Virus genome (UHGV): UHGV-0371537
From: a virus
DNA: 64,000 bases
Reading direction: 5' to 3' (one strand)
Under the pieces are notes generated by a model. The model saw only the letters and a list, made by a program, of their open reading frames with translations, was not told where the DNA came from and ran no database searches. The translations under genes were made by a program, and so were the position numbers. Below are positions 8,417 through 17,214 of this stretch, piece by piece. Position 1 is the first letter of the stretch. The number at the start of each line of letters is the position of its first letter.

Positions 8417-10753
8417 ATGACCCAAAGTACAGATATCCTGGCCAAATTTGGCAATCTTCTGAAGGAAGCTGACACCCCGGTAGAGGTGGAAGTCCCATTC
8501 GAAGTGCGTGATAACATTACGCACAAACTGACCTTCCGCAAAGGCCGCGCCAAGAACTTCCGCTCCATCGGCAATCAGTTCATGGAGATTGATTACCAGC
8601 GCAACCCGGCTACCCTCGTCACGTCCGATGACAACGGCGCGGGTAAATCCACGATGCTGGTGTGGCTGTTGTTCTTCGTATTGTACAACGACACGTACAG
8701 CAAGAAGGAGAAGAAGGCAGGTCTGGTGAACTCACAGAGCCGCAAGGAATGTGTGGGCGAGGTGGAGTTTGCCTGTCGCGGCAGCGAATGGAAGGTTCGC
8801 CGTGGCATTAAACCTGACTTTGTTGAAGTCTACCAGATGGCGGACGGCAAATGGATGCAGATCGATAATGAAGCAGCCAAGGCCGACATGAACAAGTACA
8901 TCGTGAACCTCATCGGCGTGGACCAGAAGATGTTTGAGAACTCTCTGGTTCTGGGTAAAGAGAAGTTCATTCCGTTTACGGAGATGTACACTGCCGACCG
9001 CCGCGCCATGGTGGAGACGATTTGGGACTTGGGCTTCTTCAGCCTGATGAACGAAGATGTCAAGGCCGCCATCAAGAAAGCAAACGAAAAGCTGGACACA
9101 ATCGCAAATGAATGTGCTTTGAAGGTTGTTGACCACACCAACAAGAAGACGCAGCTGCAGCAGATAGAGCAGTCCAATGCCCTTATCCAACAGCAGTCGG
9201 CTGATATTCTTGTGCAGCAACAGGAAGCACTGACTTCCCTGGACGCTGACATCGCCACCCAGAATGAAGAGCGCACCCGCCTCACAGCTGTGGAGTTTGA
9301 AGCCACCCAGGAAATGAAGACGGTGGAAAGCCGCCTGCATGATGAATCCATGGTTGAGATCGAGGCTGTGAAGAAAGACTTTGAAGCCAAGATCCAAACC
9401 GTGAAGAATGCTGCTCAGGACAAGGCTGACGATTATGAACGCATCGAAGTGTCTACCGCCGAGCATGATCTTCAGGTCTTGCGTGACCGCGCCTTTACAG
9501 TGGCCGAAAGCAAGAACACTCTACTCACCGAGCGCAATGCAAACCTGGATGCCCTGAACGCTGCTATCCAACGCCGCCAGCAGGGTGAGAACTTCCGCAT
9601 CAAGTTCCAGACCGAAATGGACGGACATCAGTCGGCCATCAAGCGCTTCCACGACATGGGGACTTGCCCTACCTGTACCCAACTGGTCTCCGATGACACC
9701 AAGGCGCGGATTGAGAGTGAGTACAATCCTCAGATCCAGGAACTGCAGTCGAAGTTAGATCAACTGGACAAAGTTACCGCCGATATCAATGTCCTGATCG
9801 ATGACCACAAGGCTCAGGACGATAAGTTGGTTGCCGATATTGCTGTGTTGGACGCTGAACTGGATGCAATGCGCAAGCAGGCCGACGAAATCGTTGACAA
9901 CATCAAACAGCTGCGCCGTGACATTCAGGGGTTCCATGACGCCGCCACGATCGAGTGTAACTCTCTGAACCGTGAATGTCAGCAGAAGATCCTTGACATC
10001 CGTAAGGCGTTGAACGTTCGTTTTGAAGACATCACTGCATCGCTGCAACAGACGCGGGAGAACGCCGTTAGCGGGATTAAAGCCGTCGATGATAAGATCG
10101 CCGAGCTGAAAGCCCGTCGTGCTCCTCTCGTGGCGTCGATTGCCGATCTGGAGCGTAAACTGTCTATACAGCCGACACCCACAGCCGACCTGGAGAATGC
10201 CATCTCCTCGATTGAGGGTGAACTGGAAGATCTATACCAGCGCCGCGAGGATGCTGACCAGGAACTTCAAGACTTACAGCACCTGTTGTTCTTCCTGAAG
10301 GATGACCAGACCAAGGCGCGCATCATCGCCCTGTACCTGCCATTCCTCAATAGCAAGATCAACGAGTATCTTGAAGCCCTTAACATGTTCCTGGACATCG
10401 TTGTTGACGATACCTTTGAGATCACCATGAGTGCAGCAGGTCGCAAGGGGCAGAGCATCTTTTCCTTGTCTACTGGCCAACGCAGTCGTCTGAACCTGGC
10501 TGTGACATTAGCCCTGCGTGATGTGGCTAACCTCAAGGCATCAGTGCAGTGCAACCTGTTCGTGCTGGATGAAATCCTTGAGAACATGAGCGAGCGCGGG
10601 GTGCAGGAATCGGTTGAGATGCTGAAGCATAAGTTCGGCGGGAACAACCTGTTTGTCATCAGTCAGCGTGAGCAGGAGTTCCAGGAATACTTCCAACACA
10701 ACATCCGTTATGGCCTGCGAAACGGCCTGACCGAAGTTATCAAGAAGGATTGA
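8417..10753 (+). CDS. 46: recombination ATPase gp46 (Rad50/SbcC-like)
   Basis: Walker A GAGKST, long coiled-coil, CPTC zinc-hook motif, ABC signature SGQRSR, Walker B LFVLDE. Confidence 0.85.
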   Translation: MTQSTDILAKFGNLLKEADTPVEVEVPFEVRDNITHKLTFRKGRAKNFRSIGNQFMEIDYQRNPATLVTSDDNGAGKSTMLVWLLFFVLYNDTYSKKEKKAGLVNSQSRKECVGEVEFACRGSEWKVRRGIKPDFVEVYQMADGKWMQIDNEAAKADMNKYIVNLIGVDQKMFENSLVLGKEKFIPFTEMYTADRRAMVETIWDLGFFSLMNEDVKAAIKKANEKLDTIANECALKVVDHTNKKTQLQQIEQSNALIQQQSADILVQQQEALTSLDADIATQNEERTRLTAVEFEATQEMKTVESRLHDESMVEIEAVKKDFEAKIQTVKNAAQDKADDYERIEVSTAEHDLQVLRDRAFTVAESKNTLLTERNANLDALNAAIQRRQQGENFRIKFQTEMDGHQSAIKRFHDMGTCPTCTQLVSDDTKARIESEYNPQIQELQSKLDQLDKVTADINVLIDDHKAQDDKLVADIAVLDAELDAMRKQADEIVDNIKQLRRDIQGFHDAATIECNSLNRECQQKILDIRKALNVRFEDITASLQQTRENAVSGIKAVDDKIAELKARRAPLVASIADLERKLSIQPTPTADLENAISSIEGELEDLYQRREDADQELQDLQHLLFFLKDDQTKARIIALYLPFLNSKINEYLEALNMFLDIVVDDTFEITMSAAGRKGQSIFSLSTGQRSRLNLAVTLALRDVANLKASVQCNLFVLDEILENMSERGVQESVEMLKHKFGGNNLFVISQREQEFQEYFQHNIRYGLRNGLTEVIKKD

Positions 10754-10755
10754 TT

Positions 10756-10920
10756 ATGAACTACGAACAAATTAAACTGGCTATTCTGATCTTTGCATGC
10801 ATCATTGACATCATTGCATTTTCTCGTGAAACCGAAAGGAAAAACTACCTGAAAGCACTGGGGTATCTCGGGTTCTCTGCCTGGTTCTGTTATCTACTTG
10901 CAGGTCAAATCCTGAAATGA
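10756..10920 (+). CDS. small hydrophobic protein (54 aa)
   Basis: Unlisted ORF MNYEQIKLAILIFACIIDIIAF...; two hydrophobic segments; stop overlaps next ATG. Confidence 0.3.
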   Translation: MNYEQIKLAILIFACIIDIIAFSRETERKNYLKALGYLGFSAWFCYLLAGQILK

Positions 10921-11246
10921 AAGTCGTCCACTTCAAGAAGGAGCCATATGACGTCTACATCGGGCGTCCCGGGAAATGGGGAAACCCGTTCGAGGTCAAA
11001 GACCACGGGCGGGGGAACTGCATCGAGTTGTTTGAAGACTACTTGTATGTGCGCCTGATTGAAGGGGATATCACCGAGGATGAACTCCTTGAGCTTGATG
11101 GGAAGATCTTGGGGTGTTGGTGTAAGCCGCGCCCCTGTCACGGAGATGTTTACGTCAAAGTCATTGGTCGTATTAAACTATTCCGCAAGCTGGGTAAATC
11201 CTTTACTGAACACCTGAGACAAACATATGTCAGAATCAAAAGATGA
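10917..11246 (+). CDS. DUF4326-like protein
   Basis: YDVYIGRPGKWGNPF ... GKILGCWCKPRPCHGDV pattern as I recall for DUF4326. Confidence 0.55.
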   Translation: MKVVHFKKEPYDVYIGRPGKWGNPFEVKDHGRGNCIELFEDYLYVRLIEGDITEDELLELDGKILGCWCKPRPCHGDVYVKVIGRIKLFRKLGKSFTEHLRQTYVRIKR

Positions 11247-11511
11247 AATCCAAGACTCCTGTGACATTGCGGTTGAAATCTGGAACCGTCGGAACCCGCA
11301 TTACCAGGTGACCGTCACGCCAAATCGCTACCTTGAGCAGGGTGGTTTGATTGTTGTTGATGCTGTGGTTGCGTTCAACAAGTACGCCGACATGCAAATC
11401 CTGGACGGCAACTTCACTGTCGCGACCAAGACGGCTTGGGATGACCCGATGGAGTTTGTCTACGGCTGGCTGGAGTGTATCGAAGAATCCTACCACCTCA
11501 TCTACGAATGA
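11227..11511 (+). CDS. hypothetical protein
   Basis: ORF track; followed by hairpin gggcac...gtgccc plus T-run. Confidence 0.4.
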   Translation: MSESKDEIQDSCDIAVEIWNRRNPHYQVTVTPNRYLEQGGLIVVDAVVAFNKYADMQILDGNFTVATKTAWDDPMEFVYGWLECIEESYHLIYE

Positions 11512-11610
11512 GGCTGAAGGGCACTAAATATCACGTGCCCTTTATCTTTTAACCCCTGTCAGGAGGCTCAATCGAGCTGCAAGTCGACAAACCACATAAG
11601 GAACGCCATC

Positions 11611-12225
11611 ATGACGATGACAACGTTGAAGGCCATGGCCTTGTCCGTGACCTTTACCATTGCCAGCGGGAATGTGCACGCTTCCCAAAATACAAGTCAA
11701 TGTGTTTATGATTTCTCTGAGCAACAACTTAATACGCTGGCAACTGCCTATCACATAGGCAAGACACAAGATCTTGGTTACACTCTGGCCGCCATATCTT
11801 GGCGAGAGAGCCGCGCTGGTGAAGATGTAGTGTCAATGCGCTATGGACTCAAGGCGGCCAACATGGGAGCCTTTCAGAACAAGGTGAAGACAGTTGGTGA
11901 TCGCGAAGGTTGTAAGAATCGCAAGTGCTATGCCAATGTCGCCATAAAGTTGCTGACCGACCAAGAATATGCCGCGCAAGCCGCCCTCGAAGAGATGCAG
12001 TTCTGGCTGACCTATCACAAGCAGAATGTACGCAAATCCCTCTCCTCTTACAATGCTGGCTTCGCCCGTAATCCCGCATCGAACGCTTATGCCGCTGACG
12101 TCGTGAAGAAAGCTAAATATCTTCAGAAATGTGTGTCCTTCAAAGGCCGGACCATCTCCGAGGTAGATCCTCAGGTGATCGCCATGAACAAGCGCACGAT
12201 AGAGAAACTGAAGAGGACAAGATAA
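11611..12225 (+). CDS. secreted lytic transglycosylase-like protein (SLT domain)
   Basis: N-terminal signal-peptide-like MTMTTLKAMALSVTFTIASGNVHA; AISWRESRAGE...GAFQ...YNAG resemble SLT catalytic motifs (E-S, GLMQ, AYNAG). Confidence 0.55.
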   Translation: MTMTTLKAMALSVTFTIASGNVHASQNTSQCVYDFSEQQLNTLATAYHIGKTQDLGYTLAAISWRESRAGEDVVSMRYGLKAANMGAFQNKVKTVGDREGCKNRKCYANVAIKLLTDQEYAAQAALEEMQFWLTYHKQNVRKSLSSYNAGFARNPASNAYAADVVKKAKYLQKCVSFKGRTISEVDPQVIAMNKRTIEKLKRTR

Positions 12226-12863
12226 TGAACATCACTCCATCTCAGACCGGATATGAACATATCTTGGTCTTCATCGCTCTACAGGGCGCGAAGGAAGGCA
12301 TCATCGTATCCGAGTACTCGGGGACTGTGCGCCTTGCCGATTACGTCGCACCCGAGGCGTTCATTAAGAAGTGTATTGATGCGTGGTGCCTCTATGCCCT
12401 CGGCACGTATCCTGCCCCTCCTGAGGGCGAGCTGTTGTTTACTGTACCGACTCCGGCTGCTGGCGATACGGACGCGATCTTTGCCGATATGCTGGCCAAG
12501 GGGTATCTGGTGTATGATATCACTCACGATGTCTACTCCTTCACCTCGCTGAACACCGTGTTTGGGTTCACCATCACGTCTGAAGCCAACATCCCTGACT
12601 GGGGCATCTTGGCGTGGGGCGTTGACGGCCTGGGCGCAACCTATGCATCGTCCGATGTCGGTCCTGTGTTGATTGATGAGGGTGTAACCATGGAGCAGTA
12701 CCTTGCTCAGTTCCCTCAGCACAATATCACAGGCAGCGACATCATTTTAGTTCAGCCTGGTGCTATCGCTCTCCCCCGTTTGGTGGATGGATGGAAGCCT
12801 CAGCTGAAGGATATCATCGCCGGGATCAGATTCCATATTCCTGTGGTGAACCCAACGCCGTAA
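12225..12863 (+). CDS. hypothetical protein
   Basis: ATG 12225 with gaagagga RBS; TAATG overlap with upstream gene. Confidence 0.45.
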   Translation: MNITPSQTGYEHILVFIALQGAKEGIIVSEYSGTVRLADYVAPEAFIKKCIDAWCLYALGTYPAPPEGELLFTVPTPAAGDTDAIFADMLAKGYLVYDITHDVYSFTSLNTVFGFTITSEANIPDWGILAWGVDGLGATYASSDVGPVLIDEGVTMEQYLAQFPQHNITGSDIILVQPGAIALPRLVDGWKPQLKDIIAGIRFHIPVVNPTP

Positions 12864-12879
12864 AAATAATTCAATAAAA

Positions 12880-12899
12880 GGGGCTTTCGCCCCTTTACT
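12880..12899 (+). terminator. rho-independent terminator (hairpin ggggc-tttc-gcccc plus T-run)
   Basis: Read directly; T-run overlaps the -35 of the following promoter. Confidence 0.5.
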
Positions 12900-12922
12900 T
12901 CTTCAATATCCTTCCCTATACT
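12894..12922 (+). promoter_or_regulatory. early-type promoter TTTACT-N17-TATACT
   Basis: Immediately follows terminator hairpin; identical architecture at 26635-26663. Confidence 0.5.
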
Positions 12923-12970
12923 TCATTCCATAAGCAGTACGACACCAACTTGAAACGAAGGAACTATATT

Positions 12971-13330
12971 ATGGCTATCACCACAAAAACTGAATTGAAC
13001 GCGATCCTGAAAGAAGCTGGCTTCGGTAGTATCAAACGCCAGGGCAAGGTTTTACGCGATGGCGGTAAAATCGTAAAGGGCATCATGTTGGGAAGTACTG
13101 GCCCGTTGAGCATCAGCTCCCCTCAGTATGACAATCTTCGTAAACTGGCGCGTGAACTTCTCCAAGAAGACCTCCATATCACGACGCAAGAAACCAATTA
13201 TGTGGTTTTGGAATGCAACAAATTCATCGTCAGCCTTTACATCTGCAGCACCCGCTCATATCCGGTGTCTGAAGGTTATGACCCAATGTATCTGACCCAT
13301 TATGCTCAGGTTACTGTCAAAGCAAAATAA
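12971..13330 (+). CDS. hypothetical protein
   Basis: ATG 12971 in context ggaactatattATG downstream of promoter cassette; terminator follows. Confidence 0.5.
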   Translation: MAITTKTELNAILKEAGFGSIKRQGKVLRDGGKIVKGIMLGSTGPLSISSPQYDNLRKLARELLQEDLHITTQETNYVVLECNKFIVSLYICSTRSYPVSEGYDPMYLTHYAQVTVKAK

Positions 13331-13341
13331 TCAAATTCAAC

Positions 13342-13368
13342 GGGGAGCTTCGGCTCCTCTTTTGTTTT
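13342..13368 (+). terminator. rho-independent terminator
   Basis: Stem with ttcg loop followed by ttttgtttt. Confidence 0.6.
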
Positions 13369-13414
13369 CGCTAATTAAGGAAAACCGCACCGATTTATTA
13401 TCAGGAGAATTACA

Positions 13415-15403
13415 ATGGCCACCCCATCTTTCTTAAATTTCCTTGAAGAGTCTAAACAATTAGACGAAGCGTTCAACTCCGCTCCGTATGAGCTGACCAT
13501 GGGTAAGAAGAACGCAGGCGATGTGTTCTTCACCTTCATCGACGAAGATGAAAAGGAATACCGTATTCAGTTCTATACCCCACAGGGGCTGGGCAAGAAC
13601 GTTCGTCAGGTCTTCATCGGCCAGAAGCGCGGCTCCGTCTACCCTGATGCCATCGCTCGCTTCAAAAACCCAATGCGCGTCATCGCCTCCATGATCGAAG
13701 CGACCAAGCAGTTCCTGGCGACCCCTCTGGGCAAGACCATCGATGGTTATGCTGTCAACTTCTCTAAGAAAGCGCTGGAACGCGGGATGACCCTGATTCC
13801 TAAGATCATCCGCCAGTCCGGCCTGAAGCAGAAACTGAACGTCATGGACCTGACTTACGCGCCTGTCCCTGACCGTGGTTATGTGTGGTTGGTCCGCAAG
13901 GGCAAAGATCCGGCTCAGGTATTCGACGGTCCGAAGATGCAGGGCATCACCTGGGATGATCCAGACAAGGTCGGTGACGTTCCGGTTCAGAACAATACCC
14001 CAGATGTGGGGACTTCATCTTCTGTTGATGATTCCAACGGATGGAAATTAACTTCAAACGGGGATCAGCCTATGTTGATCTGGGTTGGCAAAGAGAGAGG
14101 CCGCATGAACACGGCAAATATCGCTCCCCACTACAATGAGCCAGGCGTGTATGTTGGCGCATACATGAATGAGAAATCTGTGCGTGGGCAAAGTGCTGAT
14201 TTCATTGCTCGTCAGTTGAAATTACCGCAAGTCCCTATCAGTATCCTGAATGATTTCACCACGGCGTCCACAAAATTTTGGAAAGGTTCTCAGCAGAAGT
14301 CTGCGCCAGCTGACTCCAACACCACTATTGGTGCTCGGGGTGTGGGAACTGGGTCTGGTTCTTCTGAAATCGAAATCAACCGCGACTGGTACAACAGCTC
14401 AGACACTGGTCTGGTGTTGAAGAGCGGGCGCGACCCGATTCGCGGAAACTACACCCGCTTGATGAGCGGTTCGAGAGAAGTAGCCACATTCTATGGCTAT
14501 GATTTTGACAAATACCCAGACGGAACTGAAGTATCTTGGAATATGAAGCGCGGCTTCACCAACCAAGACTTGGTCGGTGCGTCCATGACCAAACAGAAGA
14601 AAGGCATGTACGATCAGTACACTTTCAAGAAAGGTGCTCAGTTAATTCTGGTGGTGGACGTTGATACCAGCAACAATACCAACACCCTCAGTTCTAACGA
14701 CCTAAAAATCCCGCGCAACGCCGAAGTATTCGGTGAAACTGGTAGTGGTTTCTCCGTTCGGTGGGCTGTCAATTTCCCCGAAACGGGAAAATATGCCGGT
14801 ACTTCTATGATAACCAACGTAACCTATTATCATGACAAAGGCAAAGTTGCATTCACCCCAATTGTCTCTCAGAAAGGGCGTACCCTGAACAATCCGAAGA
14901 CATATGAACTTCCTTTGAACAAAGATTTGGTCCAGAGTGTGATTGATGAGATTTCATCAAAAATGGTATATCTTTCCAGAAACCTCCAACAGTTGAAAAG
15001 TCAGACATACAACCCAAACCAGGTTTTCTTGAATGATATAACCATCACGGATAAAGGTGAAGTGATTTGGAACGATTACAACTTGTCTGACGGCAAAGTT
15101 ACACAAATTATGCTGTCCATGATAAGCGCAGAAAATAAACGCTTGGAGAAAGTGACAAACAGGCCGGATATCACATTACCAAAGAAACAAGCCGAAGTAG
15201 TAGAATTTATAAACCGGATGATTGATATTGATCTCGGACCTTATTTGAGAGAACCCAAAAAACGTGATGTGGTATTATTCGACTCTTCTGAATTGTCGAT
15301 AAACCAACTCAACAACATAGAACGCCTGGGAAGAGAAACAGGAAAATGGTCTCTTCAGTCAAACGGCGGTATGGGTCATGCACTATTTCTGAATGTTTGG
15401 TGA
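13415..15403 (+). CDS. large protein with capsid-targeting-like N-terminus (candidate encapsidated effector)
   Basis: aggag RBS; N-terminus MATPSFLNFLEE resembles T4 internal-protein/Alt targeting sequence; 3' part markedly A+T-richer. Confidence 0.65.
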   Translation: MATPSFLNFLEESKQLDEAFNSAPYELTMGKKNAGDVFFTFIDEDEKEYRIQFYTPQGLGKNVRQVFIGQKRGSVYPDAIARFKNPMRVIASMIEATKQFLATPLGKTIDGYAVNFSKKALERGMTLIPKIIRQSGLKQKLNVMDLTYAPVPDRGYVWLVRKGKDPAQVFDGPKMQGITWDDPDKVGDVPVQNNTPDVGTSSSVDDSNGWKLTSNGDQPMLIWVGKERGRMNTANIAPHYNEPGVYVGAYMNEKSVRGQSADFIARQLKLPQVPISILNDFTTASTKFWKGSQQKSAPADSNTTIGARGVGTGSGSSEIEINRDWYNSSDTGLVLKSGRDPIRGNYTRLMSGSREVATFYGYDFDKYPDGTEVSWNMKRGFTNQDLVGASMTKQKKGMYDQYTFKKGAQLILVVDVDTSNNTNTLSSNDLKIPRNAEVFGETGSGFSVRWAVNFPETGKYAGTSMITNVTYYHDKGKVAFTPIVSQKGRTLNNPKTYELPLNKDLVQSVIDEISSKMVYLSRNLQQLKSQTYNPNQVFLNDITITDKGEVIWNDYNLSDGKVTQIMLSMISAENKRLEKVTNRPDITLPKKQAEVVEFINRMIDIDLGPYLREPKKRDVVLFDSSELSINQLNNIERLGRETGKWSLQSNGGMGHALFLNVW

Positions 15404-15475
15404 AACAAGCTGAACTTGAACAGAATAAAGCCCCTCCGGGGGCTAATTACATCTAAATCCCCGAGGAGAGATCCA

Positions 15476-16048
15476 ATGAAACCTTTTATCGAATATTTTA
15501 AAGAGCAAGCTGCACAGCCTCAGACCCATGCTGGTGTCCAGGGTAAGACCGTATCCATCACCAAGCAAGCTGACGGCACCCAGTGGTGTTCCGGCGCTAC
15601 CGTGACCCAGATCACTCCTGACAATCAGGCGGATGTCTACAACCTGGAGTTAACCAACGGCAACACCATCAAGGTGAAGCTGACCCCAGACCAGACTCAC
15701 GGTATCTCCCAAGGTCAGGAAGTTGTTGCTGTCCACGATGGCTTCGAATTCTTCTTCTTCGGCAAGTCCGCCGACAAAGGCCAGGTGACTGAAGCCTATG
15801 CCCAGGAACTGGCGAACATGGACAAGATGATCGGTAAAGCACTGGGTGTTGGCAAGTCCCGCAAGAGTGGTCGCACTGAGTTCGAATACTCTGGCATCCC
15901 TGGCATCGGCAAGGCGATCACCGTGAACTTCGGCGGCGAAGATGACCCATATGTGATCGTCACCTGCAACGGCAAAGAGCAGGACATCAGCAAGGGTAAA
16001 AACCTGGCTGCTGACATTGCCAAGTTCCTCGGTGTTAAGCCTGTGTAG
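15476..16048 (+). CDS. internal-protein-like (capsid-targeting N-terminus)
   Basis: gaggag RBS; N-terminus MKPFIEYFKE resembles T4 CTS MKTYQEFIAE. Confidence 0.6.
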   Translation: MKPFIEYFKEQAAQPQTHAGVQGKTVSITKQADGTQWCSGATVTQITPDNQADVYNLELTNGNTIKVKLTPDQTHGISQGQEVVAVHDGFEFFFFGKSADKGQVTEAYAQELANMDKMIGKALGVGKSRKSGRTEFEYSGIPGIGKAITVNFGGEDDPYVIVTCNGKEQDISKGKNLAADIAKFLGVKPV

Positions 16049-16083
16049 AAGGGTGAACTTTGCAACCGGGTGAGTCGTAAAAT

Positions 16084-16108
16084 AAACCCCGCTTTTCGCG
16101 GGGTTTTG
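16084..16108. terminator. bidirectional rho-independent terminator between convergent internal-protein genes
   Basis: aaaccccgc-ttttc-gcggggttt: 9-bp stem flanked by A-run and T-run. Confidence 0.7.
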
Positions 16109-16714
16109 TTATTTCACATACATACTGACTTGTACTTTCTTACCTTTTTCGTTTTTGACGTCCATCAGCTTGGATGCACCATTCAGTTTCATGACGGTTC
16201 CGCGTTCTTTGCCGCCATTCGGTAACTCGTATTCAATATCTTCCCCAGGAGATGGCATACCCGCATGAGGTCCCATAACCATGGCGATCTTATAACGAGC
16301 CAAGCCGGGGCGACCGCCTTTATACGCATACCAACCACCTTCAGTCATTTCTTTCCATTGCTTGTTACCGTCAATGGAGATAAAGGAATTGCCCATACCT
16401 GATTTGACATCCAACAAGTCAATATATTTGCCTGATTTGTTGTACTTGACAGCGGTGTCAGTATCAACCTTGTCAATCATCTGGGCGCTGGCAAACTGTC
16501 CATCTTTCAATCCAGATGCTGAGATGATGTCTTTGGCATTGGCCAGGATTATCTTGCGACCGTCAGGGGTTTCAAAGGTGGCTTTGTCGCCACTAACACT
16601 AACTCGCAAGAAAGTGCCGATATTGTCTTCGGTGGACTTGCCGATCTTGTCTGACTTGATATGAACAGACATCGGTGGCGCGGCTTCGGTCAAAAAGTCT
16701 TGAAAAGTTTTCAT
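16109..16714 (-). CDS. internal-protein-like (capsid-targeting N-terminus)
   Basis: N-terminus MKTFQDFLTEA nearly identical in pattern to T4 CTS MKTYQEFIAEA; GGAGAA RBS. Confidence 0.65.
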   Translation of the reverse strand: MKTFQDFLTEAAPPMSVHIKSDKIGKSTEDNIGTFLRVSVSGDKATFETPDGRKIILANAKDIISASGLKDGQFASAQMIDKVDTDTAVKYNKSGKYIDLLDVKSGMGNSFISIDGNKQWKEMTEGGWYAYKGGRPGLARYKIAMVMGPHAGMPSPGEDIEYELPNGGKERGTVMKLNGASKLMDVKNEKGKKVQVSMYVK

Positions 16715-16803
16715 TTTCGTTCTCCAGTTATATTATTCTATATAGTACCTCATGGACCCATTAACACTAAATACTAGATGGTTCACAATACAGGAAACAA
16801 ATC

Positions 16804-17157
16804 ATGGTTAACGCGAGTATTTTCATCAACCGTGGACTGCTTGCTATAGCCCACTCTCATGCCCTGCACTTCGTTACAACGTCCTATGCCAAGCACAAAG
16901 CTCTCGGGGAGTTCTACGGGGAACTGGAGGACTTGCTGGACACGTTTACCGAAGCATACATCGGTGCGGGTGGCCAGTACGTTCCGTCGTTTGAGAACAT
17001 CAAGCTCTATAACCCAGACCCTATCTCCTATGTCAACAGCGTGGTGATAGACGTCGATGGCATCTACAGGCAGTGCGACTCCCACCTTCAGAACACGCTT
17101 GATGAAATCAAGACGCTGTGCTATCAGACGATCTACAAACTGAAGCAGCTGTCGTAA
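16804..17157 (+). CDS. hypothetical protein
   Basis: ORF track; divergent from 16109-16714. Confidence 0.45.
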   Translation: MVNASIFINRGLLAIAHSHALHFVTTSYAKHKALGEFYGELEDLLDTFTEAYIGAGGQYVPSFENIKLYNPDPISYVNSVVIDVDGIYRQCDSHLQNTLDEIKTLCYQTIYKLKQLS

Positions 17158-17214
17158 GTCAATACGAAATAAAGGCATATAATTTTGCTCATTATTCACC
17201 GAAAGGAAAGGACA

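Noticed and set aside
8732-9466. Minus-strand ORFs 8732-9466 and 8830-9390 inside gp46
   Set aside because: Antisense to the Rad50-like coiled-coil region; repetitive translation typical of the opposite strand of a coiled-coil gene.
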